DNA from: a virus
Virus record (IMG/VR): IMGVR_UViG_3300028840_004217
Coordinates: 1 to 64,000 of that record
DNA length: 64,000 nt
Reading direction: 5' to 3' (one strand)
Made by a program: the position numbers and the translations under genes. Of this stretch, positions 19,065-27,284 are shown piece by piece (positions within the stretch are counted from its first letter, which is position 1; every line of letters begins with the position of its first letter). The notes under the pieces are model-generated. The model was not told where the DNA came from. It did no database searches and was given only the letters and a program-made list of their open reading frames with translations.

Positions 19065-20906
19065 ATGAAGGCCGTCCTTGTCGTTCCGATCTCCACCGCC
19101 CTGCACGACCCGTTCGCCTATCCACCGATGGGCCCTATGATGATCGCGGCTGTACTGCGCGAGGACGGGCACGACCCCCACATACTTTTCGCTCACCACG
19201 TTCCGGATGAAGGCGTGACCTACGGCACCTCTCGGAACGTGTCGGCCTACACATCGGCTCCTTCCCTGTTCAACAGCGCCGACATCATCGGCGTGAATAT
19301 CTTTTCCGAAGCCACCTTCGACGCGGCCCGCGCCGTTCTGGAGGACGCCCTCTACACCGATGCCTGGCTCATAGCGGGCGGCGCGTTCGCGACGAGTGCA
19401 CCCGAGGAAACCCTGGACGCCGGGTTCGACATCGCCGTTCGGGATGAAGGAGAGGAGACCATCATGCAAGTGATCGACGTGCTCAAACAGGAGCCGTCCT
19501 ATTTGGGTATGACCAGTGAAGTGGCCGACAGGCTGAAGGTGGTGCAGGGCATCTCCTTTCAGGACGAGAACGGGCGGCGCACGATCACGCATCCGCGCAG
19601 CAACCCGCGCGACCTGGACCTGCTGCCCCGGCCCGCCTGGGACCTGATCGACCCGAGCATCGCGGCCCAAGAAACGCACACCCACCTGGCCCCCGGCAGG
19701 ATCAGCACCACCGTGTTCGCCACGCGGGGCTGTCCCTTCGACTGCACCTTCTGCCTGACGCCCGACGCCCGCGTGTACACCACGCACCACGGGTATCGGG
19801 GCATCACCGCCCTGCGGCGGCTCACGGGCGTGATGACGCACAAGGGCGACAGCGGACGCTACGACCAGCGTTTCGAGCGTCAGTATGAAGGGACCGTATA
19901 CGAACTGCAATACCCGACGGGCAAGGTGACGGCCACACCCGAACATCCGGTGGCCGTGGTCGACATGCAGTGGCACGCCCTGAAGGGCAAACAGGCGTTG
20001 CCCGTAAAGTGGACCCGCGCCGATCAGCTCACGGAAGGGCAGTACGTCTGGTGCTTCGATGACGAGCAGAAGATGTTCATACCCTACCCTATCCGTTCTA
20101 TCAGCCAGAAGCAGTATGCCGGGCCGGTGTACAACATAGAGGTGTTGGGCGACAACAGCTTCATAGCCAACGGCCTGGTCGTCCACAACTGCAACAGGGA
20201 GATCGGCGGCCGTTTTTTTAGATCACACTCGGTTGATTATATCCTCGACCACCTGCGTCACCTGCGTGATCGCTACGGCGTGACGCACGTCCGCTTTCCC
20301 GACGACCTGTTCACCACCAACCACAGGTGGGTGCGTGAGATCAGCGCGGCCCTCGGCGACGACAACTTCACCTGGGTCGCCCTGTCCCGCACCGACACGC
20401 TCAGCGACGACCTGGCGGCAGACATGCACGCCGGGGGATGCCGCGGCCTGTTCTTCGGCATCGAGTCCGGCTCGCAGCGCATCCTCGACCTGATGCGCAA
20501 GGGCACCACGCCCGCAGACAACGGGCGGGCCATCGAGATATGCCGCGAGGCCGGCATCACGTCGTCCGCCTATTTCATCTTCGGATTCCCCGGCGAGAAC
20601 CGCGAGTCCGTGGAGGACACGGTGTCGTGGCTCGACACGTACCGGCCCGACCGGGCGCATTACTCGACGTTCCTTCCCATACACGGCACGGACCCGCACC
20701 GTCATCCCGACCAGTTCGGCATACGCATCAAGCCGGGGTACAGGAACTGGTATTACTACGACGATCCTGAATTCCCGGTGGAGTACCTACCCCCCAACCC
20801 GTCGAACGCAGAGCTGGCCGTTCTGCGCGACTACCTGCACCGGGCGTTCGACGAGTGGGGGTATCTGTCGTTTGCCGAGCGTGCCAGCGTGAAAGAGGCC
20901 GGATGA
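19065..20906 (+). CDS. B12-binding radical SAM protein containing a mini-intein
   Basis: PPMG, IAGGAFAT, DEGEET, ATRGCPFDCTF[intein]CNR, FPDDLFT, FGIESGSQRIL, FIFGFPGE. Confidence 0.9.
   Translation: MKAVLVVPISTALHDPFAYPPMGPMMIAAVLREDGHDPHILFAHHVPDEGVTYGTSRNVSAYTSAPSLFNSADIIGVNIFSEATFDAARAVLEDALYTDAWLIAGGAFATSAPEETLDAGFDIAVRDEGEETIMQVIDVLKQEPSYLGMTSEVADRLKVVQGISFQDENGRRTITHPRSNPRDLDLLPRPAWDLIDPSIAAQETHTHLAPGRISTTVFATRGCPFDCTFCLTPDARVYTTHHGYRGITALRRLTGVMTHKGDSGRYDQRFERQYEGTVYELQYPTGKVTATPEHPVAVVDMQWHALKGKQALPVKWTRADQLTEGQYVWCFDDEQKMFIPYPIRSISQKQYAGPVYNIEVLGDNSFIANGLVVHNCNREIGGRFFRSHSVDYILDHLRHLRDRYGVTHVRFPDDLFTTNHRWVREISAALGDDNFTWVALSRTDTLSDDLAADMHAGGCRGLFFGIESGSQRILDLMRKGTTPADNGRAIEICREAGITSSAYFIFGFPGENRESVEDTVSWLDTYRPDRAHYSTFLPIHGTDPHRHPDQFGIRIKPGYRNWYYYDDPEFPVEYLPPNPSNAELAVLRDYLHRAFDEWGYLSFAERASVKEAG
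19752..20189 (+). mobile_element. mini-intein (146 aa, no homing endonuclease)
   Basis: Starts CLTPDARV (block A), ATPEHPV (block B), VYNIEV...SFIANGLVVHN (blocks F/G), followed by C+1. Confidence 0.9.
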
Positions 20907-21334
20907 GTTTCTTCATGTTCTGCCTGTATTTCAAAGCCCTGTCGGTGGCCTGCATACCCCTGGCGCCGATCCTGCGGAGAACCCGTGGCTGATAGAGAGT
21001 GGCGTGCATACTGGAACAATCTGTTGGCCAGTGAAATCTGGCCGGAGGATGTGATGGCCCCTGAACCCGGCAAGAAAACCGACCAGACGGGCGAACCGGA
21101 CGAGTCGCCCAATGAGACCACGTACCACGTTCTGCGCACCCTGATCAAGCAGAGCGATGCCACAGACGATCAACAACAGCAGATGCTCGCTTTACTTCTT
21201 GAGTTGTATGTTCGGATGAATCGTGACTGAAGCGGCTGGCGGGACACCTCTGCGGTACCTCCGGTGGCGGGCCGGTGTAGCGGCCACAGCCCGTCATTTC
21301 CTCCCGCCAGCCGCCGACCTGAAAGGAGGGCACG

Positions 21335-22381
21335 TTGCCCCTGACCCCCTACGATCCCCTGCGCATCCTGCGGTACGTCGATGAGGTCCCCGCGATGCGC
21401 GATGCACGCATAGATTTGGTACGCCCCAGGATGCTCCTGCTCTACCCCTCTATGACCTGCAACCAGAACTGCGGATATTGCTACTACACCGAGATGCACC
21501 GGCCCAAGGAGTTCATGCCCTCCGAGAAGATCGCGGACATATTCGATGATGTGATTCAGATGGGCGTGGAGGGTGTGGAGCTGTGCGGCGGCGGCGAACC
21601 TATGCTGCATCCGGAGATGCACATCTGGCTGGAGTACGGCCTGAAGTTGGGGCTGAAGTTCGGCATCCTGACGCACGGGGCCGTGACCAGGAATGACGTG
21701 TTCGACATGATGGGCCGCGAATTCTCATACGTCCGGTTCTCGCTCGACTATGCCAACCCGCACCGGTATGCTGAAACGCGGGGCGTCGATTTCCGCGACT
21801 ATGAACGGGTGCTCCAGAACGTGCAGCGCACCATCAAGGCGCGGGACAAGGCGAACAGCAACTGCCGCGTGTCGATCAAGGCGACCATTCACGAACAGAC
21901 GGCGGCCGATTGCATCGCCCTCTATGAAACGGGCAAGGGGTTGGGCGTGGACAGCGTTCAGTTCAAGCGGGCCGACGAAGTGGGCGGCGGCCTCGACGAC
22001 GACCCCGACCGGCGCGGCGAGATAGAGAACATCCTGATGATGATGCGCCAGGGCATCCAGGATGACCAACCCGACGTGGTATTCAACTTCGGACGCATGA
22101 AGTTGCAGCACCGTTGCTGGCTGCATCCGGTCCACGCCTTCATAGAAACGGACGGTGACGTGCACCTCTGTTGCTACTACACGGGCAGACAGGACACCCA
22201 CAAGATCGGCAACGTGCATGAGAAACCCCTGTCCGAGATATGGGGGTCGCCCGAACACGTGGAGGCGATGAAGGCGACGGACATAGGCGAGTGCAACAAA
22301 TACGCCTGCCGGTTCATAGGGTACATGGACACCCTGACCCGCGCCGTCGACAACGACGAGGCCCAGCTACAGTTCATGTAA
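21335..22381 (+). CDS. radical SAM / SPASM-type protein
   Basis: CNQNCGYC, GGGEPMLHP, C-terminal CWLH...DGDVHLCC...IGNVHEKPLSEIW...C..C. Confidence 0.9.
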   Translation: MPLTPYDPLRILRYVDEVPAMRDARIDLVRPRMLLLYPSMTCNQNCGYCYYTEMHRPKEFMPSEKIADIFDDVIQMGVEGVELCGGGEPMLHPEMHIWLEYGLKLGLKFGILTHGAVTRNDVFDMMGREFSYVRFSLDYANPHRYAETRGVDFRDYERVLQNVQRTIKARDKANSNCRVSIKATIHEQTAADCIALYETGKGLGVDSVQFKRADEVGGGLDDDPDRRGEIENILMMMRQGIQDDQPDVVFNFGRMKLQHRCWLHPVHAFIETDGDVHLCCYYTGRQDTHKIGNVHEKPLSEIWGSPEHVEAMKATDIGECNKYACRFIGYMDTLTRAVDNDEAQLQFM

Positions 22382-22452
22382 AAAACCCCGACCGGTGGGC
22401 CGGGGTCTCCAGGGCGCGTTCCCGTTGCGCGAAGCGCTGACCACGCGCCCGT

Positions 22453-22761
22453 TCATTCCTCAAATTCTATCCTGCGGACGGCCTTCACCATCTGGAGGGC
22501 ACGGGCGTGACCGGCTTCGGCCTCTGCCCGCGTTTCATACCGCTCCTGGTACTGGTCGTGCTCCCCGCCGAATATCATGGTCTCCCACAGCCTCGGCGGA
22601 TCCTCGACGCTCAAGCCGAGGAACACGGTGCTGACCGTCACGGTGCCGACCATCTCCTGCATGGTGACCCGCCCGTGTTCTCTGTACCACGCCTCCCACG
22701 CCGCCGCATCCGGCTCGGGTACGACGTGACCTTCATCATCGATCCTGTAGAATAGGTTCAT
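22453..22761 (-). CDS. conserved phage hypothetical protein
   Basis: VSTVFLGL...LWETMIFGG...QERYETRAEAEAGH. Confidence 0.65.
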   Translation of the reverse strand: MNLFYRIDDEGHVVPEPDAAAWEAWYREHGRVTMQEMVGTVTVSTVFLGLSVEDPPRLWETMIFGGEHDQYQERYETRAEAEAGHARALQMVKAVRRIEFEE

Positions 22762-23087
22762 GATACCTCCTGCGGTTCCAGGTTGCGCCACACGAAGAAA
22801 ATCTGGTCCTCCACATACTGGTCATTCACACGCTGTTTGATCTCTGCGGCCTTGTTCATGTGCTTGCACGACTTGGCCGGTACTTCAAACCGGGCGGCGG
22901 TGGCCTCTTTGAATTTGCGATCGGGGCAGGTGCACGACGCGGGCGTGACGTGATACAGGCCACCGTCCTCCGCTTTCATCGTGAACTCGAAATCCTCCAG
23001 CGGACTCCCCTTGGGCGGTATGCGCCGCACGTTGTACGTCTTGCCTTTGATCTGAATCTTGAACGGCAGGTTGATGATCGAGCGCAT
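22758..23087 (-). CDS. SWIM zinc-finger protein
   Basis: YHVTPASCTCPD...CKH motif. Confidence 0.7.
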   Translation of the reverse strand: MRSIINLPFKIQIKGKTYNVRRIPPKGSPLEDFEFTMKAEDGGLYHVTPASCTCPDRKFKEATAARFEVPAKSCKHMNKAAEIKQRVNDQYVEDQIFFVWRNLEPQEVS

Positions 23088-23130
23088 CGTCCTCCTCCTT
23101 GTGTTCGTTCACGTTCACCATGTCTTTTAC

Positions 23131-23159
23131 AATATAATATCATTATATCATTATGTCAA
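23131..23159 (-). promoter_or_regulatory. repeated early sigma70 promoter, copy 3
   Basis: TTGACA-17-TATATT. Confidence 0.8.
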
Positions 23160-23243
23160 GTCAAAAAACACTACCGCAGACCCTCCTGGCGACGCATATT
23201 CAACGTGACCACACAGCCACCCACTTCGGCGAAAGGAACCGTC

Positions 23244-24185
23244 ATGAGCAAGCCACGCGTGACCATCAGCTATCGTTTCACCCGCAACGACACCACGGGC
23301 GTCCACTGCCAGTCGGCTTTGAACGACGTCCTGGGTGAGGACCACGTGCAATTCATCGACCCCGACCAGTTCGCCCTGCATTGGGACGAGCCGGAAGCGG
23401 ACCTTCACATAGCCATCGACGATGACGCCTGCTGGACCTATCCGGAGGACTGGGCGACGCCCAAGGTGGTCTGGTTCATAGACACCCACACGAACCTGGA
23501 CATGAGGTACGACCGGATCGACTCGTTCGATCTGATCTACTGCGCCCAACTGCGGGGTGTCGTCGAACTGCGGGAACGGTCCGACCGGGTGCCGGCCAAC
23601 TTCCGGTGGTTGCCCCTGGCCGCGAATCCGAACATGCACTACCACATCGACAGCCGCAAAGAACTGGATTGGGCGTTCGTGGGCCACGCACCCCGCGACC
23701 GGTGGCTGCCCACGGACCGGGCCGACCTGCTGGACATACTCAAAGAGCGATTCCCCGAACGGTACTTCGCGGGCACCGCGTTTTTCGATGACATGATGGT
23801 GATATTCAACGCGGCCCGCGTCCTGTTCAACAGGTCGATAATAGATGACATCAACATGCGGGTGTTTGAAACGATGATCACGGGCACGCCTCTGCTGACC
23901 AACCACCTGCCCGAGCAGTTCGTCCTGTTTCGGCCCAACGTGGACTATGTGGGCTACAGCGACGCGGACGAGATGGTCGAGAAGATGAAGTGGCTTTTGG
24001 ACAACCCGCGCATCGCAAAACGCATAGGCCACGAAGGGCGGTCCTGCATCCTGGCCAACCACCTGTACCGCCACCGGATGTATCGGATCCTCGAGGACAC
24101 CCTGGACTTCAAGCCCGATCGCCACTACGTGATGCCACCGGACTATGAGGAGGTATATCGTGAGTTTCAACAGTCTGCTGAATAA
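23244..24185 (+). CDS. glycosyltransferase (CgeB-like)
   Basis: VWFIDTH...WLPLAANP...WAFVG...FNRSIIDDINMRVFE...LLTN...HLYRHR. Confidence 0.85.
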   Translation: MSKPRVTISYRFTRNDTTGVHCQSALNDVLGEDHVQFIDPDQFALHWDEPEADLHIAIDDDACWTYPEDWATPKVVWFIDTHTNLDMRYDRIDSFDLIYCAQLRGVVELRERSDRVPANFRWLPLAANPNMHYHIDSRKELDWAFVGHAPRDRWLPTDRADLLDILKERFPERYFAGTAFFDDMMVIFNAARVLFNRSIIDDINMRVFETMITGTPLLTNHLPEQFVLFRPNVDYVGYSDADEMVEKMKWLLDNPRIAKRIGHEGRSCILANHLYRHRMYRILEDTLDFKPDRHYVMPPDYEEVYREFQQSAE

Positions 24186-24777
24186 ACAGTTCAAGTGTGA
24201 ACGGCCCACCAATGAACTCCTGGCGGAGACGACCATAGCGGCCTCTATGTCGCTCACCAGGGCGGCGGGTTCGACGTGCTGTATGCAGGTCAGCATCTCT
24301 GGCGCCGACACGGACGGGACCGTGGACCTGATCGGTGACGTCGCCGGGACCAGCACCACGGAAACGCTCACCTTCAGCGGCGCGGGCACGCGCCAGAGCA
24401 AGCAGGAGTTCGATGACGGAGAGCTGACGGCGGTAGAGCCGTCGGGCCTGACGGGCAACATACGGGTGGACGCGGTGGCCAGGGACGGCCAGCCGGTCAT
24501 GCAGTTGATCGAGCGGATCAGCTCATTCAGGGGCAGGGTCGATGATGCTACGGCGCGAACGCGGGAGGGGTTGCAGCAGGAGGTCGCGGGCCAGGACGTG
24601 CGCACCAGCCACTTTCTGTTTATGAACGTGAACAGCACCACGCTCCAGGGCGACGACAGGATCACCAACACGTCGGACGCCACCGAGAAGTACAGGGTGA
24701 GCGGCAGCGTCCTGAAACGGTTCAGGCACGCCGCCACTCCGCACCACTGGGAAGTGCCGTTGCTCATCGTGGACTGA
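24160..24777 (+). CDS. putative head-closure / head-tail joining protein with an inserted domain
   Basis: GAGGAGG RBS; MSFNSLLN N terminus and DRI...YRV...HHWEVPL C terminus typical of head-closure proteins. Confidence 0.5.
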   Translation: MSFNSLLNKQFKCERPTNELLAETTIAASMSLTRAAGSTCCMQVSISGADTDGTVDLIGDVAGTSTTETLTFSGAGTRQSKQEFDDGELTAVEPSGLTGNIRVDAVARDGQPVMQLIERISSFRGRVDDATARTREGLQQEVAGQDVRTSHFLFMNVNSTTLQGDDRITNTSDATEKYRVSGSVLKRFRHAATPHHWEVPLLIVD

Positions 24778-25492
24778 TCAGGGCGAGTAGGACATCGCCT
24801 CCAGGCTGTCGTTCTGCCTGAACTCATGCTGCAACACGTCGACCATGTTCCTCATGCGGCACAGCTCGTCGAGTTCGTCCAGCGTGAGGGGCACGTCACC
24901 GCCGCGCTCATGACGGTCCTGATAATCGTCGTATAAGGCATCCAGGGCTGTAGCCAGTACGTCAACCTCTGTCCGGTTGATGCTCTGCACGTTCACGTTC
25001 TCTCACCTCCTTCAATGACAGTCTGTGGTATGCCGGGTCCGTGGGGTTGTAGTTGATCTTGTTCAACAGGGGCGGCACGTCGGGCCAGTGCCGCCGATCC
25101 TCAAACTGCAATTCCGTCCGGTATATCGGGATGCCCCGATGATGGTCGCCCGTTGCCAGCAGGTACAACACCTCCAGCAACTTGCCCTCGCGTACGTGCT
25201 TTCGCATGTGCGACGTTTTGGCCAGCCCGTTGGCTGATACGGTATGTTGACACCAGGGGCACATGAACCTCGTATAGTTCCTCATAGAATCATCTCCTCA
25301 TCTTGCGTGTCGGAACCTGGCGGCTCGTCCAGCTCGGGCACGTGCTGTCCCAATCTGTGATGCTCGTCATCATGAATCCGCCGCCACAGTCCGTCGCGTT
25401 CGAGCATCGACCCGGCTGGATATACGCCGTGTATCGCTCGGCGGCGTCGGGCTGGAACCTCTGCCAGTATCGGCAGTTCTGACATTCTCTCG

Positions 25493-25672
25493 TCATGCGG
25501 CCTCCTCATCTTCGTGTTGGTCGAAAAAGGCGTCCACAGCGGCCAGGCTGTCAGGGTCGGCCACCGACGCCGGGTCGGGTTCTTCGTGGCTGTACAGGTC
25601 GGCGAGGTATTCGGCGTATTCGTCCCAATCCTCTTCGACCGACGGGAACATCGGAAACTTGCGGGTTGCCAT
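25493..25672 (-). CDS. 59-aa highly acidic protein (not in the ORF track)
   Basis: ACAAGGAG RBS; MATRKFPMFPSVEEDWDEYAEYLADLYSHEEPDPASVADPDSLAAVDAFFDQHEDEEAA. Confidence 0.7.
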   Translation of the reverse strand: MATRKFPMFPSVEEDWDEYAEYLADLYSHEEPDPASVADPDSLAAVDAFFDQHEDEEAA

Positions 25673-25701
25673 GATTGATCTCCTTGTGTTTCAACGTCTG
25701 C

Positions 25702-25995
25702 CTACTGTTTGAACACGTCACCTTTCATCAGCGCATCGAACCAACCGTAATCAAGAGCGAACTGCTTGGCCTCCGCGAATCCGCCGGTCCAGGCGGTGTG
25801 AAGTAACCGGCCCTTGAATGTACTGACGGTCCAGGTAGGTCGTTCGCGATATCCGGTGGACCCCGCGCTTATGAACCCCACCTGTACGTCGTTGAGGAAC
25901 ACACCGTACTGACCGTACTTGCGTCTGACGGATGCTCTGTCACCGAATTCGACGTCCGCTTTGCGGACCTTCTTGATCGTCGTCGTGACTCTCAT
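25702..25995 (-). CDS. hypothetical protein
   Basis: ATGA-coupled to the HNH gene. Confidence 0.55.
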   Translation of the reverse strand: MRVTTTIKKVRKADVEFGDRASVRRKYGQYGVFLNDVQVGFISAGSTGYRERPTWTVSTFKGRLLHTAWTGGFAEAKQFALDYGWFDALMKGDVFKQ

Positions 25996-26447
25996 TTCGC
26001 CACCGCCTTCGCTGCTGAGCCGCGCCGGGCGATCAACTCTTTTGCTTCGTCCTTCGGGAGCGGCCTGTTGGTGAATTCCTCGATGTCGTTCAGGATCATC
26101 TCGGCTGTCACGCCGTGGTTGATGTAACCGGCCACCGCTTCCGCGAATTCTTCGACTGTGCGGTGCTTGCGGCTGCTGTTGCACTTGCTGCAACACGTGA
26201 CCAGGTTATGCTGGTGGTTCGAGCCGCCCGCCGAGTGGCAGATGATGTGATCGAGACTGAGCTGTGCTCCGTCCTCGACACCGGAACCGCAATAGACGCA
26301 ACTGAGGCCGTCGCGAAGATAGATGCTCAACCGCTTCTCCTGTCGTATCCAGTTCATACCCTGGTATACGCCTCTGGAGCGGCTGTCGCGTTTTTTGGTG
26401 ACCATCGTGGTCTGTCGGTTCGTGAAGTTGTAGGTCGTCGTTGTCAT
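25992..26447 (-). CDS. HNH endonuclease
   Basis: RDGLSCVYCG...LDHII...GGSN...NLVTCCSKCNSSRK. Confidence 0.9.
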   Translation of the reverse strand: MTTTTYNFTNRQTTMVTKKRDSRSRGVYQGMNWIRQEKRLSIYLRDGLSCVYCGSGVEDGAQLSLDHIICHSAGGSNHQHNLVTCCSKCNSSRKHRTVEEFAEAVAGYINHGVTAEMILNDIEEFTNRPLPKDEAKELIARRGSAAKAVAK

Positions 26448-26472
26448 CTCGTTTCTCTCCTTGTCTATATAC

Positions 26473-26501
26473 AATATAATACATATTGATTACTTTGTCA
26501 A
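26473..26501 (-). promoter_or_regulatory. repeated early sigma70 promoter, copy 4
   Basis: TTGACA-17-TATATT. Confidence 0.85.
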
Positions 26502-26594
26502 GAGGGCGAAGGGAAAAAAATGAAAAAAAATAGGGACAATACTCATTTTTTTTTGTTTCTTACCTATCGACCACCAACCACCACGGAGAACCCT

Positions 26595-27227
26595 ATGCAG
26601 AACTCTCGCACCTTTGCGTGCTTCAACCAAGACCCCTTCAACGCCCTGTACCCCAACCTTCAACTCATCGAATCGACCGTCGCCAGAGAGGAGTGCCGCG
26701 CCCTGTACCACGTCGCCCGTAATCTGGACGTGCCCGGCGTCATCGTCGAGATAGGTTCCTACATGGGCCGTTCCACCTGTGCCCTCGGGTACGGCGGCGC
26801 GAACACCAAGCGGAAGGTGTACGCCGTCGATCACCACCAGGGCGACGTCATGAGCGGCCACGTGAACAACCAGCTGTCCGGATTCTACTACAACCTCGGC
26901 GTGAACAACATGCGGGGTACCGTGTTCCCCGTGGTGATGGACAGCCTCGCCGCCGCCCACGGGTGGCCACCGGATCGGCGGGTGGCCCTCCTGTTCATCG
27001 ACGGCCTTCACACGGAGGAGCAGTGCATGGCCGATTTCAGGGCGTGGCAACCCCACCTGGCCGAGCGTGCGTGGGTGCTGTTTCACGACTACGCGGATTA
27101 CAATGAGTACGGCGTATGTGAGGTCGTGGATGCCCTGGTGATCGACGGAACGCTGGAGCAACCCGGTGTCGTGAGGACGCTGGCCGTGACCCGCCTGCGA
27201 AAAAAGGACTTGCACCAGAAGGCGTGA
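26595..27227 (+). CDS. class I SAM methyltransferase (Methyltransf_24-like)
   Basis: IVEIGSYMGRST...VYAVD...LLFIDGLH...WVLFHDY. Confidence 0.85.
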   Translation: MQNSRTFACFNQDPFNALYPNLQLIESTVAREECRALYHVARNLDVPGVIVEIGSYMGRSTCALGYGGANTKRKVYAVDHHQGDVMSGHVNNQLSGFYYNLGVNNMRGTVFPVVMDSLAAAHGWPPDRRVALLFIDGLHTEEQCMADFRAWQPHLAERAWVLFHDYADYNEYGVCEVVDALVIDGTLEQPGVVRTLAVTRLRKKDLHQKA

Positions 27228-27284
27228 ACATATATTTGTAAGGAAACCTGACAATCATTCGTGCCGAGCGTACAGGAGGATGAG

